NCBI GenBank assembly: GCA_040261535.1
Contig: JBDQNU010000006.1
Coordinates: 3,033 to 67,032, forward strand
Direction: 5' to 3'
From: Poseidonia sp.
GTDB lineage: Archaea > Thermoplasmatota > Poseidoniia > Poseidoniales > Poseidoniaceae
Length of the DNA stretch: 64,000 nt
In this document: one piece after another, positions 8,428 through 17,726 of the stretch
Layout of the letters: every line of letters begins with the position of its first letter
Numbering within the stretch: the first letter of the stretch is position 1
Program-made: the position numbers and the translations under genes
Notes under the pieces: model-generated
Seen by the model: the letters and a program-made list of their open reading frames with translations, nothing else
Told to the model about the DNA's origin: nothing
The model's database searches: none

Positions 8428-10170
8428 GTGGCCGCACCGTCAAAAGTGGAATTCCCAGGAAAAAAGAAACAACGCATTCAGATGAAGGGGACCAAGCAAG
8501 CCAACGAAGCAACGGCAAAAAAACTGGCCCGCGACCTTGGCAAATTCCTTGACGACCCGCGCAGCCACCTCCCGGCCATGACCTTCTCTGGAAAATTGCG
8601 GTGGGGAAGGACCGACCCCGTCACAAAAACCTTGAATGAAATTGAGAAAATCATCCACAAAAAGGACGATCTCAAGTGGTTATCAAAACGAATGATGGCC
8701 AAACGAGGCGACGATGTTGCCAAAGCCTTCGCAGGCTCGCTCCACGCTGCCCACGATACGGAATTCACGATGGTGGGCCAATTCAACTCCGGTTCGTTTG
8801 GCGGCGGGTCCTATGTTCGCCGGGGCGACGGGAAGCCCGGTTACATGGCGGGTATCCAAAATTTCAGCAATGTCACCCTTCGCATGCTGCCTTGGGAAGC
8901 CCATGCAAAACACGGCATGTACTTCTTCAGCTGGGAAGGCGGCTTTGTCTGCACCGGCCCCAACCCGATTCCGCCCGAGGCGTGGTTGGAAGACGTGCTT
9001 GATCGGTCCCGGTTTTCCTTCACGAGCAGCGAAGTGGACGGTCGACCTGTGTGGTACACCGAGGGCCTTGACGCCGGGGCCATCGTTGCAAAAAGCCCCT
9101 CCGGACAGGGTTACATTTCCCTGCATTTCCACGGCGGTCAAGTCGTTGGATTGGGCCTCGATGCGCTTCAAACCTTCACCAAAAAGGACAGTCCGTTCAT
9201 CCACCACCTCGCCCTTTCCATGTTGCCCCCGTTGTTGCCTTCCGTGCTGACCTTGGATGCGGTTTGGTCGCCCAACGGCTGGCCTGAGGAACGGCCGCTC
9301 CCCGAAGAAAGTCGGGAGAGCATGGACCGAATTTTGGATGCGTGGCAGGGACTGACCATGAACGAGGGCATGGTGGGGGCCTCGATGAAACAAGGCGTCA
9401 TGGAGGGCATTGAAGACGGCATTCTCATCGACGAAGATTGGCTTGACGGGACATCGTTTGATGATCTTTTGACCGCCCTCGCATCCATGCCCGGCTCCCC
9501 TGAGGAGCACCAACTCACGGCTGAAATCCTCAGGTTGGCCGTGACCAACCCTCACGAGGACACCGAGGGGCTGAGAATCGAGGCGAAAGGAAGCGCAGAA
9601 CAACGCGACGGGCGCAGCCTTCGCATCATGTCGGGCGCCACGTGCGGCGATGTTTTGACGACGTTCTGGGCCACCCACGGCTTGGAAGCGTTGGGCGTCC
9701 TTGGCTTGACCGGGTCGGAAGCGGAAACCATTTGGAAGGACCAAAACGATTCACCCAAACCGTTTGGAAAGTTCCTCAAGAGTTTGGACCAAGCACGGGC
9801 GCTTGCGAAACAGCGCGCTCGGTTCCCCGATTGCAACGCGGGCGGTGCAGCGGCTCAGATTCACCGTTACATCGTGGACGGCCTCACCAAAGGGATGGGT
9901 TCCATCGAACGTGAAGCGACTTCTCGCCACGATGATGTCGACGGAGCGGCGGCTTCGTGGGCTTGGTTGGTTGCCGTGGGGCGCTCCGGGGGCCAAGAGT
10001 GGCACTTTGAGTCGAATGCTCGGGACCGCGGAGGTGTATGGGCGGTGCCGACCGGCGTGCTCGTTCAACTCGGGGAGCGCCTGCTCGCTGCCGATGAGAG
10101 TGAACTTTCCGACCTCCAAACCGAATGGGATGAGGCGTTTGCGACCTTGCTAGTCACGACGGGTCAGTGA
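8428..10170 (+). CDS. Hypothetical cytoplasmic protein, 580 aa, with no recognisable domain.
   Basis: Long ORF with good coding composition. No TM segments and no nucleotide-binding or metal motifs I recognise. Confidence 0.45.
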   Translation: MAAPSKVEFPGKKKQRIQMKGTKQANEATAKKLARDLGKFLDDPRSHLPAMTFSGKLRWGRTDPVTKTLNEIEKIIHKKDDLKWLSKRMMAKRGDDVAKAFAGSLHAAHDTEFTMVGQFNSGSFGGGSYVRRGDGKPGYMAGIQNFSNVTLRMLPWEAHAKHGMYFFSWEGGFVCTGPNPIPPEAWLEDVLDRSRFSFTSSEVDGRPVWYTEGLDAGAIVAKSPSGQGYISLHFHGGQVVGLGLDALQTFTKKDSPFIHHLALSMLPPLLPSVLTLDAVWSPNGWPEERPLPEESRESMDRILDAWQGLTMNEGMVGASMKQGVMEGIEDGILIDEDWLDGTSFDDLLTALASMPGSPEEHQLTAEILRLAVTNPHEDTEGLRIEAKGSAEQRDGRSLRIMSGATCGDVLTTFWATHGLEALGVLGLTGSEAETIWKDQNDSPKPFGKFLKSLDQARALAKQRARFPDCNAGGAAAQIHRYIVDGLTKGMGSIEREATSRHDDVDGAAASWAWLVAVGRSGGQEWHFESNARDRGGVWAVPTGVLVQLGERLLAADESELSDLQTEWDEAFATLLVTTGQ

Positions 10171-10764
10171 TCAGGCAAGAACAAGGTACGCCGCCACGCC
10201 CACGAGCGCAAGGCCAAAAATTTGGTTGAGGGTTTTTCCCGAAGTCTCCGAGGTGAACACCGAGCGAAGGTACGAGCCAAACATGGCCCAAGTGAGGACG
10301 GCTGGCCAGCCAAACGAAAGGTTGAGCAGCACCAGCAACACCTTGGCAAGCAAACCGCTGCCGAAGAGATGGCCAAAAGTCGTCATCAAAACCAAGAAAT
10401 GAACCCAAGCTTTTCCGTTCACGATTTGAAGCATGAAGCCGGTTTGAAAGCCAAGTTGGTGTTCGACGTCTTCTGCCTTGACGGTGGAACTCCGCATCAC
10501 GGACACCCCGATGTAGGCGATGTAGAGCGCCCCGACCACGCCAAGAGCGTTGAAGAACGCTTCATAGCGCTCAATCGTGTTCGTGGCCATGCCGATGAGG
10601 ACGCCCAAAATGGACCATCCAACGCCCATGCCGAGAATCATCGGGAGGGTGTCTCGCACGCCAAACCTCGACCCGTGCGCTGCGCAAAGGATGTTGTTGG
10701 GCCCGGGCGTGAAACACATCGGGACAATGAACACCAAGGCCGCAACGAGCAGTTCGGTGTCCAC
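10171..10764 (-). CDS. LysE/RhtB family amino-acid exporter.
   Basis: TPGPNN motif and a 6-TM profile over 197 aa. Confidence 0.65.
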   Translation of the reverse strand: MDTELLVAALVFIVPMCFTPGPNNILCAAHGSRFGVRDTLPMILGMGVGWSILGVLIGMATNTIERYEAFFNALGVVGALYIAYIGVSVMRSSTVKAEDVEHQLGFQTGFMLQIVNGKAWVHFLVLMTTFGHLFGSGLLAKVLLVLLNLSFGWPAVLTWAMFGSYLRSVFTSETSGKTLNQIFGLALVGVAAYLVLA

Positions 10765-10777
10765 CGACCTTCCCCCT

Positions 10778-11956
10778 TCAGACGGCAGCGAGTGCTTGGG
10801 CGATGTCGGCCCAAAGGTCGTCCTTGTCTTCGATACCGATGCTCAATCGGACAAAGCCCGGGACAACGCCTGCGGCCACCCGAACATCCTCGGGAACGAA
10901 CATGTGGCTGGAGTTGAACGGACATTCGATCAACGATTCGACGCCACCAAGGCTCGTGGCCTCGTAAATGATGTTCAAATTCCGCATGAACTTGAGCGCC
11001 GCATTGTCGCCGCCTTTGACGACAAAAGCCACCATCCCGGACCCCTTCGGCATCGTTCTTTGAGCAACTTCGTAATCGGGATGGCTTTCAAGTTGCGTGT
11101 GATAGACGCGGACCACCATTGGATGAGCTTCCAACCGACGAGCGATTTCGGCGGCGTTCTCGCAAATACGCGGCATGCGGACATCAAGGGTTCGCATGCC
11201 CCGTTCCAACAGGTAGCTGGAGTGGGCATCGGGGCTGCCTCCAAAGTGGATTTTCCGCTTGAATATCTCAGCGATCAGGTCCTTGCTGCCGACAACGGCA
11301 CCGCCAATGAGGTCCGAATGGCCGCCGAGGTACTTCGTGGTTGAATGAATCACCAAATCAACGCCCATGGTGAGCGGTTGACAGCCCCAGGGCGAGGCGA
11401 AGGTGTTGTCGATCACGATGAGCAGGTCGTGTCGCTTCGCAACGGCGACCATGGCCTCGATATCGCACACCTTCAGGACGGGGTTGGTCAGGGTTTCGAT
11501 GTAGAGCATCTTCGTGTTCTCTTGAATGGCCGCTTCGTACGAAGACGGGTCCTGCATGTCGGCCATCGTGGTGTGAACACCAAAGCGGGGCAGTTCGGTT
11601 GCGAGCAGACCGTACGTGCCGCCGTAGACGTCGGCACTCGCCACCACGTGGTCTCCCTGTTCGAGAAGGGCGAGCATCGTTGTCGAGATGGCCGCCATGC
11701 CCGAGGAGAAGGTTTCAGCGTCTTCTCCGCCCTCAAGAGCCGTCAACTTTTGAGCGACGGCGTCGGAGTTTACGGTTGACATGCGAGCATAAAGAAGCGT
11801 GTGCTGAGCTCCTGCTGCCCATCCCGCATAGCGCTCCTCGGTGAGTTTGTAGGTCGAGGATTGGAAGATCGGCGTGTTCACGGCGTCACCGATGTGCTGT
11901 GTCCCGCTGTGAACGACGTGCGTGCCGAATTTGGTGTCGTCTTTGTTGGTGCCCAT
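10778..11956 (-). CDS. PLP-dependent Cys/Met metabolism enzyme (cystathionine gamma-synthase/lyase or O-acetylhomoserine sulfhydrylase family).
   Basis: STTKYLGGHSD PLP-lysine motif. 392 aa. Confidence 0.75.
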   Translation of the reverse strand: MGTNKDDTKFGTHVVHSGTQHIGDAVNTPIFQSSTYKLTEERYAGWAAGAQHTLLYARMSTVNSDAVAQKLTALEGGEDAETFSSGMAAISTTMLALLEQGDHVVASADVYGGTYGLLATELPRFGVHTTMADMQDPSSYEAAIQENTKMLYIETLTNPVLKVCDIEAMVAVAKRHDLLIVIDNTFASPWGCQPLTMGVDLVIHSTTKYLGGHSDLIGGAVVGSKDLIAEIFKRKIHFGGSPDAHSSYLLERGMRTLDVRMPRICENAAEIARRLEAHPMVVRVYHTQLESHPDYEVAQRTMPKGSGMVAFVVKGGDNAALKFMRNLNIIYEATSLGGVESLIECPFNSSHMFVPEDVRVAAGVVPGFVRLSIGIEDKDDLWADIAQALAAV

Positions 11957-11992
11957 CGTTCTCTCCGATAATCACGAGCCGAACGCGCTCTT

Positions 11993-12964
11993 TCAACCAT
12001 TCTCTCCATCGGCGTGGACATTCTTCGCCGATGCCTCGACCGGTGAGGTCACTTCCACCAAGATGTTTCCAGCGAGGAGAACCCCGCCGCCGAACACAAT
12101 CCACCACGTCCAAGGAACCAATCCAAGGGCGAGACCAAAGAGCGTGGCCCAAACGGGTTCAAGCGCATAGATAACGGCAGCTTGAACGGGGTGCATGTGA
12201 CGCTGATAGAGGTTCAAGGCGACCAAACAAAAGAAGGAGCCGCCCACGCCAAGAAGCACCAAAGGAAGAAGGACGCCTTTCCGAGAAAGAACGGCTTGAG
12301 CCATCTCGATCGGAGCAGAGGAGGTCGCAACGGCCAAAACTGCAGAACCCCCGCCGATGATGAGGAACTGGGTGAGCGTGAGCTTCAGCGGGTCGTGTTC
12401 GAGCGTCCAATGCTGCGTGTAGATGATGTGCAACGCAAAGAAAAACGCACACACGACCGTGATGACCTCCCCCCACCCCCACGAAAGGTGAGGTGGGCCC
12501 TGGATGAAGCCGGCACCAAGGGTTGCCATTAACACGCCCCAATAGAGAGCGCGCCGCGGCGTGTTGTCGGCCATCACCACCGTCAAAACCGCCGTCATCA
12601 CCACGTAAAGCGAGGTCAAGAAGGCTGAAGTTGCGGGGTTGATGTCGTTGAGGGCCACCATTTGCCCGACGAAACCAACGAGCATCAACGAGCCAAGAAC
12701 GGCCCCTCCTTTCCAAATTACCCGGGACCTCACGCCGCTTCGTGCGGACGGTAAGAAGGTGATAACGAGGACGAGCGCGATGAAAAAGCGAAGGCTGACC
12801 ACGAACGCCACCACGGGAAATTCGCCGTATTCGGCCAATTCCAATTCCAACGCATTGAGCGCCTGCTTCATCCAAATGAACGTGGCGCCCCAAATCAGGG
12901 TCACGGCGAGAAGGATCACCGCTGCTTTCCGGCGGTTCGGCTCAAAGGACGTGTCGGATTCCAT
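11993..12964 (-). CDS. DMT/EamA family transporter.
   Basis: 10-TM protein with two EamA-like halves. 323 aa. Confidence 0.6.
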   Translation of the reverse strand: MESDTSFEPNRRKAAVILLAVTLIWGATFIWMKQALNALELELAEYGEFPVVAFVVSLRFFIALVLVITFLPSARSGVRSRVIWKGGAVLGSLMLVGFVGQMVALNDINPATSAFLTSLYVVMTAVLTVVMADNTPRRALYWGVLMATLGAGFIQGPPHLSWGWGEVITVVCAFFFALHIIYTQHWTLEHDPLKLTLTQFLIIGGGSAVLAVATSSAPIEMAQAVLSRKGVLLPLVLLGVGGSFFCLVALNLYQRHMHPVQAAVIYALEPVWATLFGLALGLVPWTWWIVFGGGVLLAGNILVEVTSPVEASAKNVHADGENG

Positions 12965-13068
12965 CCCCTTTCACCGTTCCCCGGGAGACTTTGACAGGCC
13001 ATGAGGGTGGTGGTTGACTTAGCAGGGCAAACCATATCCTCAAAGGGTGCCCATGACCCAAACCAAGC

Positions 13069-14448
13069 ATGGGAAGCCCTCGAACGGGAGACGATGTCGT
13101 CTGGAAGCAACCCATTGATTCAGGGCCGGCTCCGGAGGACAAGAGCAGTTTTGACGCGGTTGTCGTCGGTGGAGGTCCGGGTGGGTCAGCGGCCGCTGGC
13201 TACCTCGCCATGGAAGGAAAGCGCGTGCTGCTCATCGAAAAGGAGACGTGGCCTCGTGACAAGATCTGCGGCGACGCCGTCGGTGGAAAATCGCTCAGCC
13301 ACGTCAAAGCCTTGGGCGTGAAAGAAACGCTGGAGGCCACGCCTCATTTTCGCGTCACGGGCATCGTGTTCTCGTCCCCAAAGGGGGCCAGCGTGCGTGT
13401 TGCGCTGCCCGAGGAAGACGTCCAGCGGCTCGAGGCGGGGTATTCGCTGCCTCGCCAACAATTTGACCATTTGCTGTTCAACCAAGTCCAACAGCTCGTA
13501 CGAGATGCCGGTGGCTCAATCATTCAAGGAGGGGATGTTCGCGAGGTGTTGTACGACGACGGTCAAGGCGGTCAAGACCCCGGAAAAGGCTCAGGAACCG
13601 AACGGCACGCCAAGGGCATTGTGGTCCGAATCGGAGGTCGAAGCGGAGAGGAATTCACCTATTTTGCTCCAACCGTCGTTGGCGCCGCAGGCTACCGGTG
13701 CCCCGTAGCGAAATCCATGCTCGAAGAGACCTATGAAGAGCCCATGGTGGACCGATCACACTACTGTGCAGGCTACCGTGAGTACTGGCGCGGGGTCAAA
13801 GGGTGCGAAGACAACGTGGGCGATATCGAGATTCATTTTGTTGACACCGTCATCCCCGGATATTTCTGGCTCTTCCCCGTCGCTGAGGGAGTCGTGAACG
13901 TCGGCATCGGCATGGTGATGTCCCTTCTCGATAAGCAATCCAAGAAGCTCAAGGCCCTCCAAGCCGAAGTCATTGCCCAGCACCCCTTGTTCAAAGAGCG
14001 CTTCGCTGACGCTTCAATGATTCCCGGTACAGGCAAAGGTTGGCAATTGCCGTTTGGTTCGCCCAGAAAGAAGGCGAGTCGGCAACCAAGGCGTTCAGCA
14101 AGCAACGGGATTTACCTGGTGGGCGACGCAGCTTCGCTGGTCGATCCGTTTAGCGGCGAAGGTGTGGGCAACGCACTCGTCAGCGGCGAAATGGCGGCGA
14201 AGCACATCATGGAAGGCAAATCCCCAGAAGAATACCAAGAAGCCCTTTGGAAAGCACTTGGACCCGAACTCACGAATTCCTTCCGCATGCAAAAGATGAG
14301 TCGCCGTGCATGGTTGCTCAATTGGTTCGTGGGCAAAGCCTCGAAGAAGCCGGCCATTCAAGAGATGATGACGGAGATGATCGCGAGCAAAGAAGCGCAA
14401 GAAAACCTCCACTCACCATGGTTCATGTTCAAGACCTTGATGTTCTAA
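13069..14448 (+). CDS. FAD-dependent geranylgeranyl reductase family (digeranylgeranylglycerophospholipid reductase-like).
   Basis: FDAVVVGGGPGGSAAAGYLA...LLIEK...CGDAVGG dinucleotide-binding region. The size fits the GGR family. Confidence 0.7.
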   Translation: MGSPRTGDDVVWKQPIDSGPAPEDKSSFDAVVVGGGPGGSAAAGYLAMEGKRVLLIEKETWPRDKICGDAVGGKSLSHVKALGVKETLEATPHFRVTGIVFSSPKGASVRVALPEEDVQRLEAGYSLPRQQFDHLLFNQVQQLVRDAGGSIIQGGDVREVLYDDGQGGQDPGKGSGTERHAKGIVVRIGGRSGEEFTYFAPTVVGAAGYRCPVAKSMLEETYEEPMVDRSHYCAGYREYWRGVKGCEDNVGDIEIHFVDTVIPGYFWLFPVAEGVVNVGIGMVMSLLDKQSKKLKALQAEVIAQHPLFKERFADASMIPGTGKGWQLPFGSPRKKASRQPRRSASNGIYLVGDAASLVDPFSGEGVGNALVSGEMAAKHIMEGKSPEEYQEALWKALGPELTNSFRMQKMSRRAWLLNWFVGKASKKPAIQEMMTEMIASKEAQENLHSPWFMFKTLMF

Positions 14449-14457
14449 GGCCGCAGC

Positions 14458-15246
14458 ATGGACGCCACCCTCTCGGACATCGACGCCGTGTTTCTTGATT
14501 TGGACGGCACCATTTACCTCGGGGGCGAACTCATCGAAGGAGCCGAGGACTTTCTTCAACGGTGCAGAGACCAAGGTGTTCAACGCTACTTCCTCTCCAA
14601 TAATTCGTCGAAGTCCGTGACGCAATACTTGTCAAAACTTCACGCGCTTGGCCTTGAAGCAAGCGAAGAGGATGTTTTGCTCTCAACGCACGACCTGTTG
14701 GCGTGGCTCAGTGAAAACAACGTCACCAAAACGTGGATGGTCGGCACCGAAGGCATGCGAAGCATGCTTGAAGAGCAGGGCATTGCTACCTCAAGCAGCG
14801 ATCCAGAATACGTCGTTCTCGGGTACGATACGGAGTTGACCTACGACAAAATCGCACAAGCGAGCATCCACATGCATGCTGGCGTTCCCTTGGTCGCCAG
14901 TCACCCCGACATGGTGTGCCCGAGCCCGGACGGTGGCTTGCCCGACGTAGGGGCGTACTTGGCGATGTTCAAGGCGACGACAGGGGTTGACCCTGAACAC
15001 ATCACGGGCAAGCCCAATGCGGGCATGATCCTCCACAAAATCGAGGCCTTGGGACTCCGGCCGGAACGGTGTGCCATGGTTGGAGACCGCCTCTACACCG
15101 ACATGGCCATGGCGAGTCGAGCAGGCGTTGTTGGGGTTCTCGTCCTGTCCGGTGAAGCGACCCGAGCCGATGTCGATGCGCTTCCGCCAAACGCAGAACA
15201 ACGGCCGACCGTCATCGTCAACAGCGTCGATGAACTCCTCCGGTGA
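14458..15246 (+). CDS. HAD-superfamily hydrolase, subfamily IIA (NagD-like sugar/nucleotide phosphatase).
   Basis: DLDGTIY motif I. The cap/C2 arrangement is typical of HAD-IIA. Confidence 0.65.
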   Translation: MDATLSDIDAVFLDLDGTIYLGGELIEGAEDFLQRCRDQGVQRYFLSNNSSKSVTQYLSKLHALGLEASEEDVLLSTHDLLAWLSENNVTKTWMVGTEGMRSMLEEQGIATSSSDPEYVVLGYDTELTYDKIAQASIHMHAGVPLVASHPDMVCPSPDGGLPDVGAYLAMFKATTGVDPEHITGKPNAGMILHKIEALGLRPERCAMVGDRLYTDMAMASRAGVVGVLVLSGEATRADVDALPPNAEQRPTVIVNSVDELLR

Positions 15247-16175
15247 CCGGCATGAAGTTCGCTCAACGACTGAAATGGTGGAGGGAGCGGCGGCGACACC
15301 ATCCACCCGACGACATTCATCGCGCCGGTGAATTGGCCGAGCAGCGACTGGCGAAGATCAGCCGTGCCGCAGGCAAAAAAAACGGATGGCATGTGTTTGA
15401 GTCCGTGCGGATCCCCGATGTTGAACAGGGTGGAAAGCGGGAAATCGACCTGGTCATCGTTGGCGGAAACACCCTGCTCGTGGTTGAACAAAAGCACTGG
15501 TCAGGTTCCTTCGAAATCAACGGGGATGAAGAGTTCATTCAGCATCGAAAAAACGGGACGATGCACAACCACAGCACCGTCAATCAGCGCATTGCTCGGA
15601 AATCCCGAATGCTTGTGGCCATGCACAACGAACGGGTGGGCAACGATGACGGGGTTGATGTGCGGGTTGTGTTGGCCTTCACCAATCGAAATTTGGATTG
15701 GCCGGCCAACGTCATGGGCTTGGGCAGCGCGGTCAAGGACGAGGCGGGTTTCATCGCCCTCTTGGAAGACGAAAACCCCGGCCCTCTCAACGAAGCTCTG
15801 CTGGAGACCTTGCAGGGATTCGGCACCTGGGATGAAGTGGAATTGAACGGCGGGCTGATGTGCAAAGGCGATGTCTTGGATTTAGGATTGGGAGAGGCCA
15901 TCAACGAATGGCAGGGCGGGCGCAGGTCACCGTTGAAAGGAGCGGTTGTTCACCCAAGAGGGATTCTTTCGCTTTTTAGGACCTCTGCAAGCCGACTCAC
16001 CCTCCACGCTGGAGAGCGTCATGTCGAAGCCCAACTCCCGTATGGGAAATCGTTGAAAATGCATGTTGTCGGCAGGAAAAGTCCAGAGGACATCCCGTGG
16101 TCAACCGTGGCCTCCATCAACCTCTCAACCCCCTCGTTGAACGACGGGTTGGGCCAAGACCTTGAGAAGCCTTGA
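15243..16175 (+). CDS. NERD (nuclease-related domain) protein with a C-terminal extension.
   Basis: EIDLVIVGGNTLLVVEQKHWSG matches the NERD core. Its start ATG overlaps the HAD stop in an ATGA overlap. Confidence 0.5.
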   Translation: MTGMKFAQRLKWWRERRRHHPPDDIHRAGELAEQRLAKISRAAGKKNGWHVFESVRIPDVEQGGKREIDLVIVGGNTLLVVEQKHWSGSFEINGDEEFIQHRKNGTMHNHSTVNQRIARKSRMLVAMHNERVGNDDGVDVRVVLAFTNRNLDWPANVMGLGSAVKDEAGFIALLEDENPGPLNEALLETLQGFGTWDEVELNGGLMCKGDVLDLGLGEAINEWQGGRRSPLKGAVVHPRGILSLFRTSASRLTLHAGERHVEAQLPYGKSLKMHVVGRKSPEDIPWSTVASINLSTPSLNDGLGQDLEKP

Positions 16176-16200
16176 AGCGCACGGTGCTCAGGCCCCAACG

Positions 16201-16479
16201 ATGGCAGTGTGGTGGATCGAGAGCATCGGATTGGTCGCCGGTGCGCTCGGAATCGTCGCTTGGATTCCCCAGATTCGTGACGTGTGGGTGCACGAACGCC
16301 ACGAAGGCATTTCTTTGACCACATTCAGCGTCGTCACCGTCGCCTTGTCCTTGTGGCTTGTCTACGGGATCCTGGTTGAATCCTTGGCAATGATCGTCGC
16401 CAACGTGTTCACCCTCATCGTCATCCTTGCCGTGCTCGTCGGTGTTCGCCGCCTACGAAAGCGAGAGGCGCTTGCGTAG
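16201..16479 (+). CDS. SemiSWEET / PQ-loop family small membrane transporter (3 TM).
   Basis: IVAWIPQI PQ-loop motif in TM1. About 93 aa with three hydrophobic helices. Confidence 0.45.
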   Translation: MAVWWIESIGLVAGALGIVAWIPQIRDVWVHERHEGISLTTFSVVTVALSLWLVYGILVESLAMIVANVFTLIVILAVLVGVRRLRKREALA

Positions 16480-16482
16480 TCA

Positions 16483-17502
16483 TCAACAAACCGACTTCGT
16501 CGTCTGGATGATGACGGCGCCGATTTTGTACGGGTCACCGTTTGAGGCCGGGCGGCGGTCTTCGAGACGACCCACCCAACCGTCGGTTGGCACGGAGGCA
16601 GGCACGCGAATGGACGCCCCTCGGTCCGAAACGCCATAAGAAAATTGGTCGATGGACTGGGTTTCGTGCAGCCCGGTCAAGCGCTCCTCGTTGTGAGCGC
16701 CGTAAACGGCCATGTGCTTCTCGATGTTCTTGCCGAAGGCTTCACAGATGCTGTTGAACAGGTCTTCGCCGCCCTTGTCTCGCATGGCGCTGTTGGAGAA
16801 ATTGGCGTGCATACCCGAGCCGTTCCAGTCACCCTTGATGGGTTTGGGGTGGTATTCGATGTAGTACCCGTAGCTTTCCGTCAATCGGTCGAGGAGGTAG
16901 CGGGCAACCCAGAGTTCGTCGCCGGCTTGCTTGGCGCCTTTGGCGAAGATTTGGAACTCCCATTGTCCGCAAGCCACTTCTTGGTTGATCCCTTCAAAGT
17001 TGAGGCCTGCTTCCAAACACAGGTCTGCGTGCTCTTCCACAAGGACGCGCCCGTGCGTGTTTTTGCCGCCAACGGAACAGTAGTACAAGCCTTGAGGGCC
17101 AGGGTAACCGCCAACGGGGAACCCAAGCGGAAGCTGCGTGTCGACGTCCATGATGAAGTACTCCTGCTCGTATCCAAACCAGAAGTCGTTGTCGTCGTCG
17201 TCAATGGTTGCTCGGCCGTTGCTGGCATGCGGGGTTCCGTCGGGGTTGAGCACTTCGCACATCACGAGGTAACCGTTCACGCGCTGGGGATCGGGGAAGA
17301 TGTTCACGGGCTTGAGCAGGCAATCGGACGCACTGCCGTCGGCTTGGCGGGTGGAAGAGCCGTCAAACATCCAAATTGGGCATTCTTCGAGCGTGCCGCT
17401 GAAATCCGAGCGGACCATCGTTTTGCTACGCATGTTTTGCGTGGGTTCGTATCCGTCAAGCCAAATGTACTCCAGTTTTGCTTTATCGTCCATGGGTATC
17501 AA
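16483..17502 (-). CDS. glnA: Glutamine synthetase, short eukaryote-like type II (GSII).
   Basis: FDGSSTRQADGSASDCLL GS signature 1. The 339-aa length is characteristic of GSII rather than GSI. Confidence 0.8.
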   Translation of the reverse strand: MIPMDDKAKLEYIWLDGYEPTQNMRSKTMVRSDFSGTLEECPIWMFDGSSTRQADGSASDCLLKPVNIFPDPQRVNGYLVMCEVLNPDGTPHASNGRATIDDDDNDFWFGYEQEYFIMDVDTQLPLGFPVGGYPGPQGLYYCSVGGKNTHGRVLVEEHADLCLEAGLNFEGINQEVACGQWEFQIFAKGAKQAGDELWVARYLLDRLTESYGYYIEYHPKPIKGDWNGSGMHANFSNSAMRDKGGEDLFNSICEAFGKNIEKHMAVYGAHNEERLTGLHETQSIDQFSYGVSDRGASIRVPASVPTDGWVGRLEDRRPASNGDPYKIGAVIIQTTKSVC

Positions 17503-17726
17503 ATGCGGCGTTTGCGAGACGGTATATGAACCATACGCTCAATTTAATGGTCAAATTACTCATCAAATGCTCAGCATTACGCTTTCCATCTGATATTTTG
17601 GTGAAATTTTGCTTTCGTTCTTTCGCCTCCGTTTTGCATTTGCGCGGTCATCTCTGCGGTTTTGTTGCATTTGAGCAAGCCAAAGAATTGGCCCCTCGTC
17701 GAGAAAAACATCGTCGCCGAACACCG
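17503..17726. promoter_or_regulatory. AT-rich intergenic region upstream of glnA. Contains a TATA-like element (GGTATATGAA, 17521-17530) and two copies of TTGCATTTG ~25 bp apart.
   Basis: Markedly lower GC than the flanks. The repeated motif and TATA-like box sit 20-200 nt upstream of the GS start on the minus strand. Confidence 0.35.

Noticed and set aside
8683-9744. 353-aa minus-strand ORF inside the 580-aa hypothetical gene. Similar cases are 6760..7470, 5767..6663 and 12159..12893.
   Set aside because: Antisense ORFs with Arg/Gly/His-rich, low-complexity translations. The sense-strand genes have better composition and context.
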